A stretch of 57,567 nt of DNA from an uncultured bacterium (GCA_963789635.1 CAWBLF010000001.1:1-57567), one strand, 5' to 3'; positions 1-8,874 are shown, counted from the stretch's first letter. Notes: generated by a model from the letters alone, not told the origin. Translations and numbers: made by a program.

Positions 1-164
1 GCGGTGCGCATCAATGCCGGTCTTCGCCCGCTTGGTCATTCATACAGCAAATTCATAGGCGCACTGAAAAGAAAAATATCTCATTGGACCGCAAAATTCT
101 ATCGCAACTGGCATCAGAAAATCCGGATACCTTTAAACAGGTGGTTGAACAAACTTTCTCTTAA
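1..164 (+). CDS. rplT: 50S ribosomal protein L20, C-terminal fragment (5' end outside window) with one apparent frame switch
   Basis: Frame 1 nt 1-75 reads AVRINAGLRPLGHSYSKFIGALKRK (L20 RINAAAR..ISYSKFI.GLKK block). Frame 3 from nt 75 reads NISLDRKILSQLASENPDTFKQVVEQTFS* (L20 DRKxLAxxA tail). Only 29 nt rather than 30 separate KFI from DRK, and the junction lies in the run gaaaaat at 71-77. Confidence 0.6.
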   Translation, partial: GAHQCRSSPAWSFIQQIHRRTEKKNISLDRKILSQLASENPDTFKQVVEQTFS

Positions 165-241
165 CGTATAAATACTAAAATTCCTCGTTATATTCACGAA
201 TGTCCTGTGATAATCCGGAGAACAAGAAACTTTCAAGAAAA

Positions 242-805
242 TTAGTGAACACCTTGACCGGTCAATTCAGCCACTAGTTGAACCAGCTTATTGATAATTG
301 CTTGAAGTTTTACTGCTATGGATTGTTTTTGAGAGGGACTTAAATTAGAAAGCTCTATGGATGAGCCTGCTTTGGTTGAGACTATATTCAAAACAAGTGG
401 AGTTATTTCAAAACTTTTACTTGTGGCAGTAGTGATAACCGTGCCACTTGGATCTACGAAGTCTACTTCCAGATAATACGTTCCGGGTGGCACTAGTGGC
501 GACCCAAACATGAGAGTGGGATAGGCAAGTGCCGGTTGCCAAGACGCAACGGCACTATAATGGATACCCCGCATCGAACTGTGGTTGCCCAAAACCTGAT
601 CCGGCTTATCTTTTATATACACAAAATAAGAATTACCGGCAGGAAAATTGCCACTTCGACTCCAGGTCATTGTAATTGGAGTTCCAAGCTGATACGAATT
701 GCTGTTTACGGACACACCCGTAATGACTGGCGTTTGGGATGTTTGCGCATTTACATTGATTGCCAGAAATAGTAACGCTGTTAAAAATAAAAGTTTTTTA
801 CTCAT
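242..805 (-). CDS. secreted hypothetical protein (N-terminal signal peptide)
   Basis: 187-aa ORF. N-terminus MSKKLLFLTALLFLAINVNAQ is a classical signal peptide. No family recognised. Confidence 0.6.
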   Translation of the reverse strand: MSKKLLFLTALLFLAINVNAQTSQTPVITGVSVNSNSYQLGTPITMTWSRSGNFPAGNSYFVYIKDKPDQVLGNHSSMRGIHYSAVASWQPALAYPTLMFGSPLVPPGTYYLEVDFVDPSGTVITTATSKSFEITPLVLNIVSTKAGSSIELSNLSPSQKQSIAVKLQAIINKLVQLVAELTGQGVH

Positions 806-885
806 AGGTTTTAATTATTTTATTATATTTGCACATTTCGATTAAAAGCATAAGTCCCTGTAGAAACATTCGTCAGGCAGTAAGT

Positions 886-1581
886 TTAATGTGCCTGCGT
901 CGAAGACGCTTGGGATCGCACGATGTTGGTTATTTCTTGGACACACGCCACGTGCGGATTTGATGGGTCATTAAAATTGGTTGCTTTTGCAATATCATCT
1001 ATCGTGTGAGTCGGTAGCTGTGTCTTCAAATACGATATATACGCGGGAAGGCAGGTAAGAGTGTTGATTATGGCCAATTCCTTTTTGGCTGTTGCAATAT
1101 CCGCGGTCGGATCAATAAGAGTGGCGATAGCCGTAGAATTGGCGTCTATTGTTAGATGAGGATCCTGCCCTGGAATGTATACTGCATATGCCCTGGTCTT
1201 GGAGTTGCCATCTTTTATAATAATGGTGCTAAGTTTGTCTTGAGACACCGGTAAACCAAAAAATGTTCCAAGGGTGTTCACTGTTGATATAGCCAGACCA
1301 TCAGTCGCCGAAAGTCCACTCCCCCCAATTTCGGTTGTGTTGATCTTGCCACTGACAGTTTTAGCAAAAACTTCTGTCGTGGTAGCCAGCTCAGTAGTGG
1401 CCTTGAAAGAATTGTTTGCCTTTACCACATTTGAACTGGTACTCTCGGTCGATGTGGATATTGGCTGCACACTGCTTTGAGGAATCTGAGAAGTGGTGTT
1501 TCTTGATATCAAATAAATACCGCCTATCAGAATAAGAACGGTTATAATCATTAAAAATTTGTTATTTGGGTTGTCTATCAT
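886..1581 (-). CDS. membrane-anchored hypothetical protein
   Basis: 231-aa ORF with a single N-terminal TM helix (FLMIITVLILIGGIYLI) followed by a Ser/Thr-rich linker. No family recognised. Confidence 0.55.
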   Translation of the reverse strand: MIDNPNNKFLMIITVLILIGGIYLISRNTTSQIPQSSVQPISTSTESTSSNVVKANNSFKATTELATTTEVFAKTVSGKINTTEIGGSGLSATDGLAISTVNTLGTFFGLPVSQDKLSTIIIKDGNSKTRAYAVYIPGQDPHLTIDANSTAIATLIDPTADIATAKKELAIINTLTCLPAYISYLKTQLPTHTIDDIAKATNFNDPSNPHVACVQEITNIVRSQASSTQAH

Positions 1582-1667
1582 ACGCTATTTTATTATTTGA
1601 ATCTCTTTTTAAAGTAAAAAGGATACTCCATCTGACGGATGTGTCAACTTGCAAAGTCGGCACGGAT

Positions 1668-3056
1668 TTAGTCTAAATAAATTTGATACTTCTTGCCCAC
1701 TTCCGGAAGAATAGTATTGGCCCCAAGGTTATCACGCATTTTTTGAGAAAGAAAGAGCGAAGATTTTGGTTCGCCCATAACAATAAAAAAAGTCTTTGTC
1801 CGAGGCATGGCGTGCTCGGCAAATTCCATAAGGTGATCGGAATCCTTGTGTCCCGAATAACCTGAAATCATTTCTACGTGAGCCCGCACAGCCACTTTTT
1901 GATCATAAATCACGACCTCTTTCGCCCCCTCTTCCAGTTGCCTGCCTAGCGTGCCTGCCGCCTGATAACCCATAAGAAGAAGTATGTTGTTTGGGTCCGG
2001 TAAATATTCCAGTTCATGGTGAAGAACCCTGCCACCGGATGACATGCCTGAACCGGCAATAATTATCTTTGGACTTGGCACCGAAAGAATGTGCTTGGAG
2101 TCTGCCACTTGAGCCGTTTCTTTTAACTTGGGAAAATTGAAAATATCATCCCCTCCTTTTATGTCACGTTCCACAGAATCTTTATATAAACCGTTAATAT
2201 GCTCATATATGGCAGTAAGTCTTATCGCCAACGGTGAATCAAGAAAAATCGGCACGGACGGAATCTTCTTACCTTCAACAAGTTCATTTAGTTCATATAA
2301 AACATCCTGAGTACGTTCGAGAGAAAAACAAGGTATTACCAAAACACCCTTTTGGGCAATGGCTTGCTTAACTATTCCTTCGAAATGCGCTTCACGTTCA
2401 TCTTTGCTTTCATGATTGCGGTCGCCGTAAACGCTGTCCATCACAACATAGTCGGTATCGGTGACAAATTCGGTGTCACGTAGAAGAAGTGATGGTGAAT
2501 TGCCCAAATCTCCTGTAAATAGAATATTTTTTGACCGTCCGGTGTCATCAGTAAGTGTAAACAAATACATGGCCGATCCGAGAATGTGGCCGGCGTCACG
2601 TAGTTCCACGGAAAGATGCTTGGAAATAATTGTCGGCTTGTGATAATCAATTGTTTTCCAAAGAGTAAATGCTTTGGCGACATCTTCTGGACCGTAGAGT
2701 GACAGCGTTCCATCTTTGCGTGACTCATTATCCCCGATTCGCTCCGCATCATCGAGCATAAGCTCAGAAAGCGCTTTAGTTGCCGGTGTGGAATATATGG
2801 TGCCCTGAAATCCGTCTTTGACAAGCTTCGGGATACGACCAATGTGGTCTGCATGCGCGTGGGTAATAAATAAAAAATCAATACTTTTTGGGTCATACGG
2901 AAAATTTTTGGAATTTTCGTCGGTGGCATCGGACATTCCTTGAAGAATTCCGCAATCAACAAGCGCGCGGAAATCCTTGCCTTCCAAAAGAAAATTGGCG
3001 CCTGTGACGGTGCCTACTCCACTCCAAAATGTAACGCTGAATGGCGATGTATCCAT
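1668..3056 (-). CDS. MBL-fold beta-CASP hydrolase (RNase J / CPSF-like RNA-metabolising family)
   Basis: 462-aa ORF with the HxHxDH motif (ITHAHADHIG) and later D/H motifs (GDLG, DSVYGDR, SGHKDSDHL) typical of beta-CASP metallo-beta-lactamases. Confidence 0.8.
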   Translation of the reverse strand: MDTSPFSVTFWSGVGTVTGANFLLEGKDFRALVDCGILQGMSDATDENSKNFPYDPKSIDFLFITHAHADHIGRIPKLVKDGFQGTIYSTPATKALSELMLDDAERIGDNESRKDGTLSLYGPEDVAKAFTLWKTIDYHKPTIISKHLSVELRDAGHILGSAMYLFTLTDDTGRSKNILFTGDLGNSPSLLLRDTEFVTDTDYVVMDSVYGDRNHESKDEREAHFEGIVKQAIAQKGVLVIPCFSLERTQDVLYELNELVEGKKIPSVPIFLDSPLAIRLTAIYEHINGLYKDSVERDIKGGDDIFNFPKLKETAQVADSKHILSVPSPKIIIAGSGMSSGGRVLHHELEYLPDPNNILLLMGYQAAGTLGRQLEEGAKEVVIYDQKVAVRAHVEMISGYSGHKDSDHLMEFAEHAMPRTKTFFIVMGEPKSSLFLSQKMRDNLGANTILPEVGKKYQIYLD

Positions 3057-3123
3057 CTTGCTTCATTATACCCTAAAAAATGAAAAAACCTGTTTTTAGG
3101 CCTATTTATGAGCTTAAAACGAA

Positions 3124-3155
3124 CGCTCCACCCCCGCAGATGCGGGGGTGGAGCG
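3124..3155 (-). terminator. strong GC hairpin, likely intrinsic terminator on the minus strand
   Basis: Perfect 14-bp stem cgctccacccccgc/gcgggggtggagcg with a 4-nt loop. On the minus strand it is followed by uucguuuu. Confidence 0.55.
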
Positions 3156-3442
3156 AATGTGAAGGGTTACAAGTTTCATTCCCTAGGACTAAAAGCTAGG
3201 TGGGTGTCCCCAATCGGTGCCCCAAGAGGCATGATAATGTCGGACTCCCTGAATATATCTTTGATCTAGAAAAATTACTAATAACCCTACCAACATAATG
3301 CTCGTCACAAGCAAATTCTACAAGGGGATATTGAATTAAGAAACAAAATAAGAAAAAAATATACGGATAAAAATAAAAAATGAAGCGAATCGGCCTTAAA
3401 TAAAACTATAGATAAATAATTAAAGATATGATGTAAATAATT

Positions 3443-4039
3443 CTACTCCAAAATGCCATCGACATTTACATCATACAAAATTTTTTCCTGAATTAACTTG
3501 TAATTTATCAATTCTTCCGGAGAAAACCAAATTGCAATCTCTTTTTTTGCGTCTTCTGGCTTTTCCGAACAATGAATGAGGTTTCGGACCGCTCTTCCAG
3601 CCATATTTGCCGTTTCATAAGAATCAATAGTGAAATCTCCACGAATTGTGCCGACATCGGAGACTGCCGGTTGTGTCACCCCCACCAACTTTTTAACTAC
3701 AGAGACGGCGCTGGCTCCTTCTACCGCGATTGCCACCACAGGACCAAGCGTAATGTAATGAAGCAATACTTCCACAATTCCTCTGCCATATTCCAGCGGA
3801 GTTTTGGTCGGCTTTTCGCCGGCCTTTTTCATATTTTCCATCAAAGTTGTCCCTTTTTCTATACACCATTGGTCATCTTTGCCGTAATGAATCTCAGCCC
3901 GTTTTCGGTCTGGTACAAACATTTTCATAGCCACTATTTTTAACCCAGTCCTTTCAATACGCTTAATGATTTCACCGACGAGTGATCGCTGGACACCGTC
4001 GTGTTTGATGATGATAAAAGTTTGTTCCTTTTGTGGCAT
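3443..4039 (-). CDS. ndk: nucleoside diphosphate kinase (long form with insertion)
   Basis: TFIIIKHDGVQRSLVGEIIKRIERTGLKIVAMK and NLIHCSEKPEDA (active-site His) match NDK. Start moved to the internal ATG at 4039 (MPQKEQTF). Confidence 0.85.
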   Translation of the reverse strand: MPQKEQTFIIIKHDGVQRSLVGEIIKRIERTGLKIVAMKMFVPDRKRAEIHYGKDDQWCIEKGTTLMENMKKAGEKPTKTPLEYGRGIVEVLLHYITLGPVVAIAVEGASAVSVVKKLVGVTQPAVSDVGTIRGDFTIDSYETANMAGRAVRNLIHCSEKPEDAKKEIAIWFSPEELINYKLIQEKILYDVNVDGILE

Positions 4040-4104
4040 ATTTGAAAATTTAAATGATAAAGCGAAAATTAAAGATACATATTTATAATAAAAAAGCAAA
4101 ACTA

Positions 4105-4872
4105 CTACTTTGTCAGAATAACAGGGTCGCCATCGGTAATCAAAATAGTGTGTTCAAAATGGGCGCTGTTTTTGCCGTCTTTTGTTTTATATGTGTAACC
4201 GTCCTTGTCCAAAACGATATCTCCTTTGCCGACACAAAACATCGGCTCAATGGCGATGACCATACCGGGCTCCAATTCTTCTCCCACGCCCTTTGTGCCG
4301 GTGTTTGGCACATAAGGGTCTTCGTGCACCTTATAACCCACGCCGTGCCCGGCAAGACCTTCGGCAACTGAGAAACCCGTACGTTTTGCCACTTGCTCTA
4401 CAGCATAGCCTATATCACCAATATGCTTTCCTCCTTTTGCGGCTTTTATACCGGCATAGAGTGCTTCTTTTGTTGCTTCCAAGAGTTTTTTATTTTCAGG
4501 AGAAATTTTGCCTACACCGATTGTTATTGCACTGTCAGTTATCATCCCATTATGGGTAAGACCCAGATCCAATGTGACAATATCTCCGTCCTTAAGAATT
4601 CTTTCATTTTCATTAGGAATGCCGTGAACGATTTCATCGTTAAGAGAAACGCATAACGCCGCTGGGTATGGCCTACGGGCTCCTTCGGGAGTGTAGTTTA
4701 GAAATGAAGCCTTGTCCCCCTCTTCTTCGAGAAGTTCCATGGCTTTGGCGTTCAGATCAAAAGTGCCGACTTCCACATCTACCATCTTGGCCAATTGCGA
4801 AAGAATAAAAGCGTGGCGTTTGCCACCCTCCTTTAGCGATATAATGTCATCGGAATTCTTGATGGTTATCAT
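4105..4872 (-). CDS. map: type I methionine aminopeptidase
   Basis: 255-aa ORF with MetAP pita-bread motifs (DGDIVTLDLG, GHGVG, AIEPM, HFEHT). Confidence 0.9.
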   Translation of the reverse strand: MITIKNSDDIISLKEGGKRHAFILSQLAKMVDVEVGTFDLNAKAMELLEEEGDKASFLNYTPEGARRPYPAALCVSLNDEIVHGIPNENERILKDGDIVTLDLGLTHNGMITDSAITIGVGKISPENKKLLEATKEALYAGIKAAKGGKHIGDIGYAVEQVAKRTGFSVAEGLAGHGVGYKVHEDPYVPNTGTKGVGEELEPGMVIAIEPMFCVGKGDIVLDKDGYTYKTKDGKNSAHFEHTILITDGDPVILTK

Positions 4873-5465
4873 GCAACAAACGGTGATATTTGATTAATGA
4901 TATCTTTTGAAACTTCTTCTATTGGTCTTTCGCCATTCACAGAAACAAAATGGTATGAAGAATTTTTTAAATATTCGATTGCCGGCATAACATCATTTTC
5001 AAACCAATCAAGTCGTGTTTCTATATCACCCTCACGTTTATCATCGGCTCGTCCACGGGAACGCAAACGCTTTTCCGACCACTCACGGCTAACGTCAAGG
5101 TAGATGACGTGGACGGTATCAAAACCAAAAAAAGACAATGCTGTTTCAAGAAGTTTTGCTTCGTTTAATGATCGGGAGACACCATCAAAAATAATGTGAC
5201 TTTTGCCGTCAAATCCTTCAATTAAAAGTTTGGACCACATATAACAGGCCAAAAAATCTGGCTGACGCGCGGAACTCCCATTGATATCGTTTGACAACTG
5301 CTCACTATAACTCTTTCCCAAGATAAATTGTCTGAATAGTGACCCGGTTTCAACATAAAAAACAGGAATCTTGGTTTTCTCAATAATAAAAGACTTCAAT
5401 AGTTCAGCTTGAGTGCCTTTGCCACAACCGGAACGTCCGATAAAAATAAATGCCTGAGGTTTCAT
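4869..5465 (-). CDS. adk: adenylate kinase family protein
   Basis: P-loop GRSGCGKGTQAELL. Sits between secY and map as in spc operons. Its TGA stop overlaps the map ATG (ATGA). Confidence 0.8.
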   Translation of the reverse strand: MKPQAFIFIGRSGCGKGTQAELLKSFIIEKTKIPVFYVETGSLFRQFILGKSYSEQLSNDINGSSARQPDFLACYMWSKLLIEGFDGKSHIIFDGVSRSLNEAKLLETALSFFGFDTVHVIYLDVSREWSEKRLRSRGRADDKREGDIETRLDWFENDVMPAIEYLKNSSYHFVSVNGERPIEEVSKDIINQISPFVA

Positions 5466-5484
5466 GGAAAATAGTTTACAGACG

Positions 5485-5562
5485 TTAGTAGTTAGATGTT
5501 AGTTAAATACTATACAACATTATATATCCTATGAATTTGTTTATCTAACATCTAACTACTAA
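5485..5562. repeat. 18-bp perfect inverted repeat in the secY-adk spacer
   Basis: ttagtagttagatgttag (5485-5502) is the exact reverse complement of ctaacatctaactactaa (5545-5562). The arms are built from 7-nt periodic words. Confidence 0.85.
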
Positions 5563-5578
5563 TAACTATCTACTATTT

Positions 5579-6850
5579 TTAGTATTCCCTAGCTGATATC
5601 TGAGCGTTAATTTTGTTTATGAGGTCTATAACCACCGAAACCACGATTAGAAGGGCTGTACCGCCAATTGCCAATGTTTGGATACCGGTCAATGAACGCA
5701 TGACTAACGGCAAAACAGCTATGAGACCGAGGAAAATTGCCCCCACAAGGGTAATTCTAGTTAGAATCTTAGCAATATAATCTGAAGTTGATTGACCGGG
5801 ACGAACACCTGGAATAAACGCCCCACTTTTTTGGAGATTAGTGGAAATTTGTTCGGGATCGAAGGTTACCGCAGTGTAAAAATAGGTAAAGACAAAAACC
5901 AGAAGGAAATATGCTCCGGAATATATCCATTGGTTGTTCAAAATGTTTAGAACAAAACCCGATGCGCTTTTCAACAAAATATTTGCCGAATTTGCGAGAA
6001 AACTGGCAATCATCTGTGGAAACAAAAGTATGGAAAGGGCGAAGATTATCGGAATCACGCCCGCTTGGTTTACTCGCAGTGGAAGGTATGTGGACACTCC
6101 ACCGTATACCTTGTCACCGCGCACACGTTTTGCATATGTAACGGGAATAGGACGCTCGGCTTCGGTAATAATAACTACACCAAAAATAATTGCTATAGCA
6201 AAAACTACGAACGCCAAATATAAGGGAATCTGTGATGGATCAAAAGTAAATGCCAACTGGCTTATAGCGCTCGGCAAACGAGCGATAATGCCAGCAAAAA
6301 TTATAAGTGAAGTCCCGTTTCCCACTCCAAACTCCGTGATAAGCTCACCGATCCACATAATAAGAATCGAACCAGCGGTAATGATGAGCAAATTTGTAAT
6401 CATAGAAAAAGGCGTGAGAGGGTCTATTACGCCTTCCCTGGTAAGCAACGTCAGGAAACCAAACGCTTGGATAAGAGAAAGGGGGACTGTGAGCAAACGA
6501 CTGTATTGAGCAAACTTTTTACGTCCTATATCACCTTCGTCTTGGTAGAGCGCTTTAAGTTTGGGGAAAATAATGGTGGCCAACTGCATTATGATGGAAG
6601 AAGTGATGAATGGACTTACTCCAAGCATGACGATAGAAAGAGTTGAAAATCCTCCTCCTGAAAACAGGTTTAGAAGCCCGAGAAATTGGTTGCCATTAAA
6701 AAAACTTGCAAGTCTGGCGGGGTTTACCCCTGGAATCGGAATTGTCGATAGTAGACGAAAGATAACCAAGGCACCAAGTGCAAAAAGAATACGCTTACGA
6801 AGTGTGCTGTCAGCAAAGATAAGGCGTATTTTTTCTAAAAAAGTATTCAT
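5579..6850 (-). CDS. secY: preprotein translocase subunit SecY
   Basis: 423-aa polytopic membrane ORF with SecY signatures (GVSPFITSSIIMQL, GTSLIIF), downstream of rplO. Confidence 0.95.
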   Translation of the reverse strand: MNTFLEKIRLIFADSTLRKRILFALGALVIFRLLSTIPIPGVNPARLASFFNGNQFLGLLNLFSGGGFSTLSIVMLGVSPFITSSIIMQLATIIFPKLKALYQDEGDIGRKKFAQYSRLLTVPLSLIQAFGFLTLLTREGVIDPLTPFSMITNLLIITAGSILIMWIGELITEFGVGNGTSLIIFAGIIARLPSAISQLAFTFDPSQIPLYLAFVVFAIAIIFGVVIITEAERPIPVTYAKRVRGDKVYGGVSTYLPLRVNQAGVIPIIFALSILLFPQMIASFLANSANILLKSASGFVLNILNNQWIYSGAYFLLVFVFTYFYTAVTFDPEQISTNLQKSGAFIPGVRPGQSTSDYIAKILTRITLVGAIFLGLIAVLPLVMRSLTGIQTLAIGGTALLIVVSVVIDLINKINAQISAREY

Positions 6851-6855
6851 TTTTA

Positions 6856-7293
6856 CTATTCAATAATACCATCAAGCGCTTCAATCTTTTTGCGGGCACT
6901 CATCGAAATAGCACAGGATTGAAATTTCAACTTACTGGAAAGTGAACCGTTTCCTAAAATTTTCACTTTTGGTAGCGCGCCGTTAAGCTTCCTAACTATG
7001 CCCTTTTCGACAAGGGTCTTAGGATTAACTGTTTCCCCATTTTTAAAATCTCCAAGGGCTCCGAGATTTACCGCCGTAAACTTCGTCTGAATAGAAAGGT
7101 TGCTGTTTTTCCCCCGTCCTCGCAATTTGGGTAGACGTTTTATAACATCGCGAATTTCGGGATACTTTTTTCGTCCGGCGCGGGCATTTTGTCCCTTTGT
7201 CCCTTTGCCTGAAGTCTTGCCCCTGGTTCCTCCTCTACCGACTTCTATCGAGGTTTTGTTTGGGTGTCTTCTTTTGAGTGAGTGTATTTGCAT
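6856..7293 (-). CDS. rplO: 50S ribosomal protein L15
   Basis: GRGGTRGKTSGKGTKGQNARAG motif. Position between rpsE and secY. Confidence 0.9.
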   Translation of the reverse strand: MQIHSLKRRHPNKTSIEVGRGGTRGKTSGKGTKGQNARAGRKKYPEIRDVIKRLPKLRGRGKNSNLSIQTKFTAVNLGALGDFKNGETVNPKTLVEKGIVRKLNGALPKVKILGNGSLSSKLKFQSCAISMSARKKIEALDGIIE

Positions 7294-7296
7294 AAA

Positions 7297-7938
7297 TTAT
7301 TTCTTATCAGCGCCACGAACTTTTGAAAGTTTTGAAAGGGCCATCACGGCAACCTTGGCATTATTGGCGCGATTCTTGGTTCCTCCAATGAGCTTGGCGT
7401 TAACCGAAGTTAGTCCTGCAAGTTCAAGGACTATACGGACGGAGCTACCGGCAAGAATACCACGACCAGGAGCGGGCATAATGATGACACGAGAACTGCC
7501 GTACTTGGCTTGCACATCATGCGGAATAGACATGTCTTTTGTGGTCTGTATGGTTATCATATTTTTCTTTGCGTCACGAACAGCCTTATCAATGGCTAGC
7601 GGAGTATCTCCGGCTTTTCCTTGGCCGACACCAACACTTCCCTTACGGTTGCCGGCCACCAACGTGACTGAAAAACTAAAACGGCGACCACCCGAAGTCA
7701 CGCGTGTTACCCTTCGAATAGAAACTGTTTTATGGTCAAACTCTGGTTTAATTCTGGCCTCCTTACGACCACCACGTCTGGGGTTTTTCTTGTGTTCTCT
7801 GGGCGGACGCGCTCCACGAAAAGGACGGTCACCTTTTGTTTCAGCCTTTGTGACCGGCGCAGGAGAAACTGCGTCACCAGACGAAACCATTCCCTCCGTA
7901 TCCACTATTTCATTTGTTTGTGTTGTTTCTTCAGTCAT
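7297..7938 (-). CDS. rpsE: 30S ribosomal protein S5 with an ~70-aa basic/acidic N-terminal extension
   Basis: VTRVTSGGRRFSFSVTLVAGNRKGSVGVGQGKA and GLTSVNAKLIGGTKNRANNAKA match S5. Start set at ATG 7938 so it does not overlap the rplR stop at 7946. Confidence 0.9.
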   Translation of the reverse strand: MTEETTQTNEIVDTEGMVSSGDAVSPAPVTKAETKGDRPFRGARPPREHKKNPRRGGRKEARIKPEFDHKTVSIRRVTRVTSGGRRFSFSVTLVAGNRKGSVGVGQGKAGDTPLAIDKAVRDAKKNMITIQTTKDMSIPHDVQAKYGSSRVIIMPAPGRGILAGSSVRIVLELAGLTSVNAKLIGGTKNRANNAKVAVMALSKLSKVRGADKK

Positions 7939-7945
7939 ATAAGTA

Positions 7946-8296
7946 TTAAAAAACCAAGCCGCCCTTACGCGCTCCGTCGGCGATAGCTTTGACATTGCCG
8001 GTATAAATAAATCCACCTCTATCAAATACCGCGTATTTCACTTTTGAAGCAATGGCCTTCTTGGCCAACTCGACACCTACCGCGTGCGCCCTGTCCATTC
8101 CGGTTTTCCCGCTAACTGACTTAGTAGACATGGCGGCAATTGTTTTACCGGTACTATCGTCGATGAGTTGGGCATACAAGGTTGTATTTGACTTAAAAAT
8201 AGAAATCCTTGGCCTATCGCTTGTACCAGAAACCTTCGCTCGGATACGAGTGTGTCTTCGGTCTCTTTTTTCTTTTTTGCTGTTTTTAATTTTCAT
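7946..8296 (-). CDS. rplR: 50S ribosomal protein L18
   Basis: RHTRIRAKVSGTSDRPRISIFKSNTTLYAQLIDD and FDRGGFIYTGNVKAIADGARKGGL match L18. Confidence 0.9.
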   Translation of the reverse strand: MKIKNSKKEKRDRRHTRIRAKVSGTSDRPRISIFKSNTTLYAQLIDDSTGKTIAAMSTKSVSGKTGMDRAHAVGVELAKKAIASKVKYAVFDRGGFIYTGNVKAIADGARKGGLVF

Positions 8297-8316
8297 AATG
8301 CATTGTTACGGTGTTG

Positions 8317-8850
8317 CTATACTGATTTCTTTCCCTGCTTGATTTTTATCACTTCTCCTTCATATCTCATCCCTTTGCCCTTGTATGGTTCGGGTTTCTT
8401 TAACGCTCGCAAATGTGCTGTGAATTCGCCAACTTTATCTTTATCAATCCCGGAAACCGTAATAGTATTTTTCTCCACGGCAACCTTGATTCCTTGTGGA
8501 ATCGACACACTTACAGGGTGCGAAAAGCCCAAAGCCAAGACAACTTTATCCCCTTTCACTTCTACCCTATAACCAATTCCTTCAAGCACAAGCTTTTTTT
8601 CAAAAACTTTATTGACTCCGGAAATCATATTCATAACGTGTGAAGCATAAGTTCCCCACAAAGCCTTTGATTCCAGGGTTTCAACAGTTGGTTTTAATGT
8701 AACCTTGCCATCTTTGGATTCTACCGCCACTTCTTTGCGTACCTGGCGGGAAAGCTCTCCCAATGGTCCTTTGACGGACAACACGCCGTTGGCAAACACT
8801 ACGGTTGTGTTTGCTGGTATGGATATTTCTTTTTTGCCAATGCGTGACAT
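8317..8850 (-). CDS. rplF: 50S ribosomal protein L6
   Basis: MSRIGKKEISIP... and PEPYKGKGMRYEGE match L6. Operon position agrees. Confidence 0.9.
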   Translation of the reverse strand: MSRIGKKEISIPANTTVVFANGVLSVKGPLGELSRQVRKEVAVESKDGKVTLKPTVETLESKALWGTYASHVMNMISGVNKVFEKKLVLEGIGYRVEVKGDKVVLALGFSHPVSVSIPQGIKVAVEKNTITVSGIDKDKVGEFTAHLRALKKPEPYKGKGMRYEGEVIKIKQGKKSV

Positions 8851-8874
8851 TGTATTAATATTGAATTTTGAAAC

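Noticed and set aside
3110-3300. Possible identity of the post-ndk RNA as RNase P RNA, SRP (4.5S) RNA, tmRNA or 6S RNA. For example AGGGAGUCCG resembles the RNase P GAGGAAAGUCC box.
   Set aside because: The segment is too short between the putative CR-I-like box and the terminator. There is no ACAGAA..GGCUUA P4 partner, no GGAA tetraloop/AGCA SRP domain IV motif, and no tRNA-like ends or tag ORF.
7100-7942. Large antisense or overlapping ORFs inside conserved genes (e.g. 7100-7942 +, 17658-18266 +, 5934-6509 +, 37521-38198 +, 49487-49996 -, 41564-42013 -, 13933-14199 -, 45418-45792 -).
   Set aside because: They lie opposite or out of frame with strongly supported genes (rpsE/rplO, tuf, secY, pilC, tig, the surface protein, rplB, the lipoprotein). 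They have low-complexity or biased composition typical of shadow ORFs.
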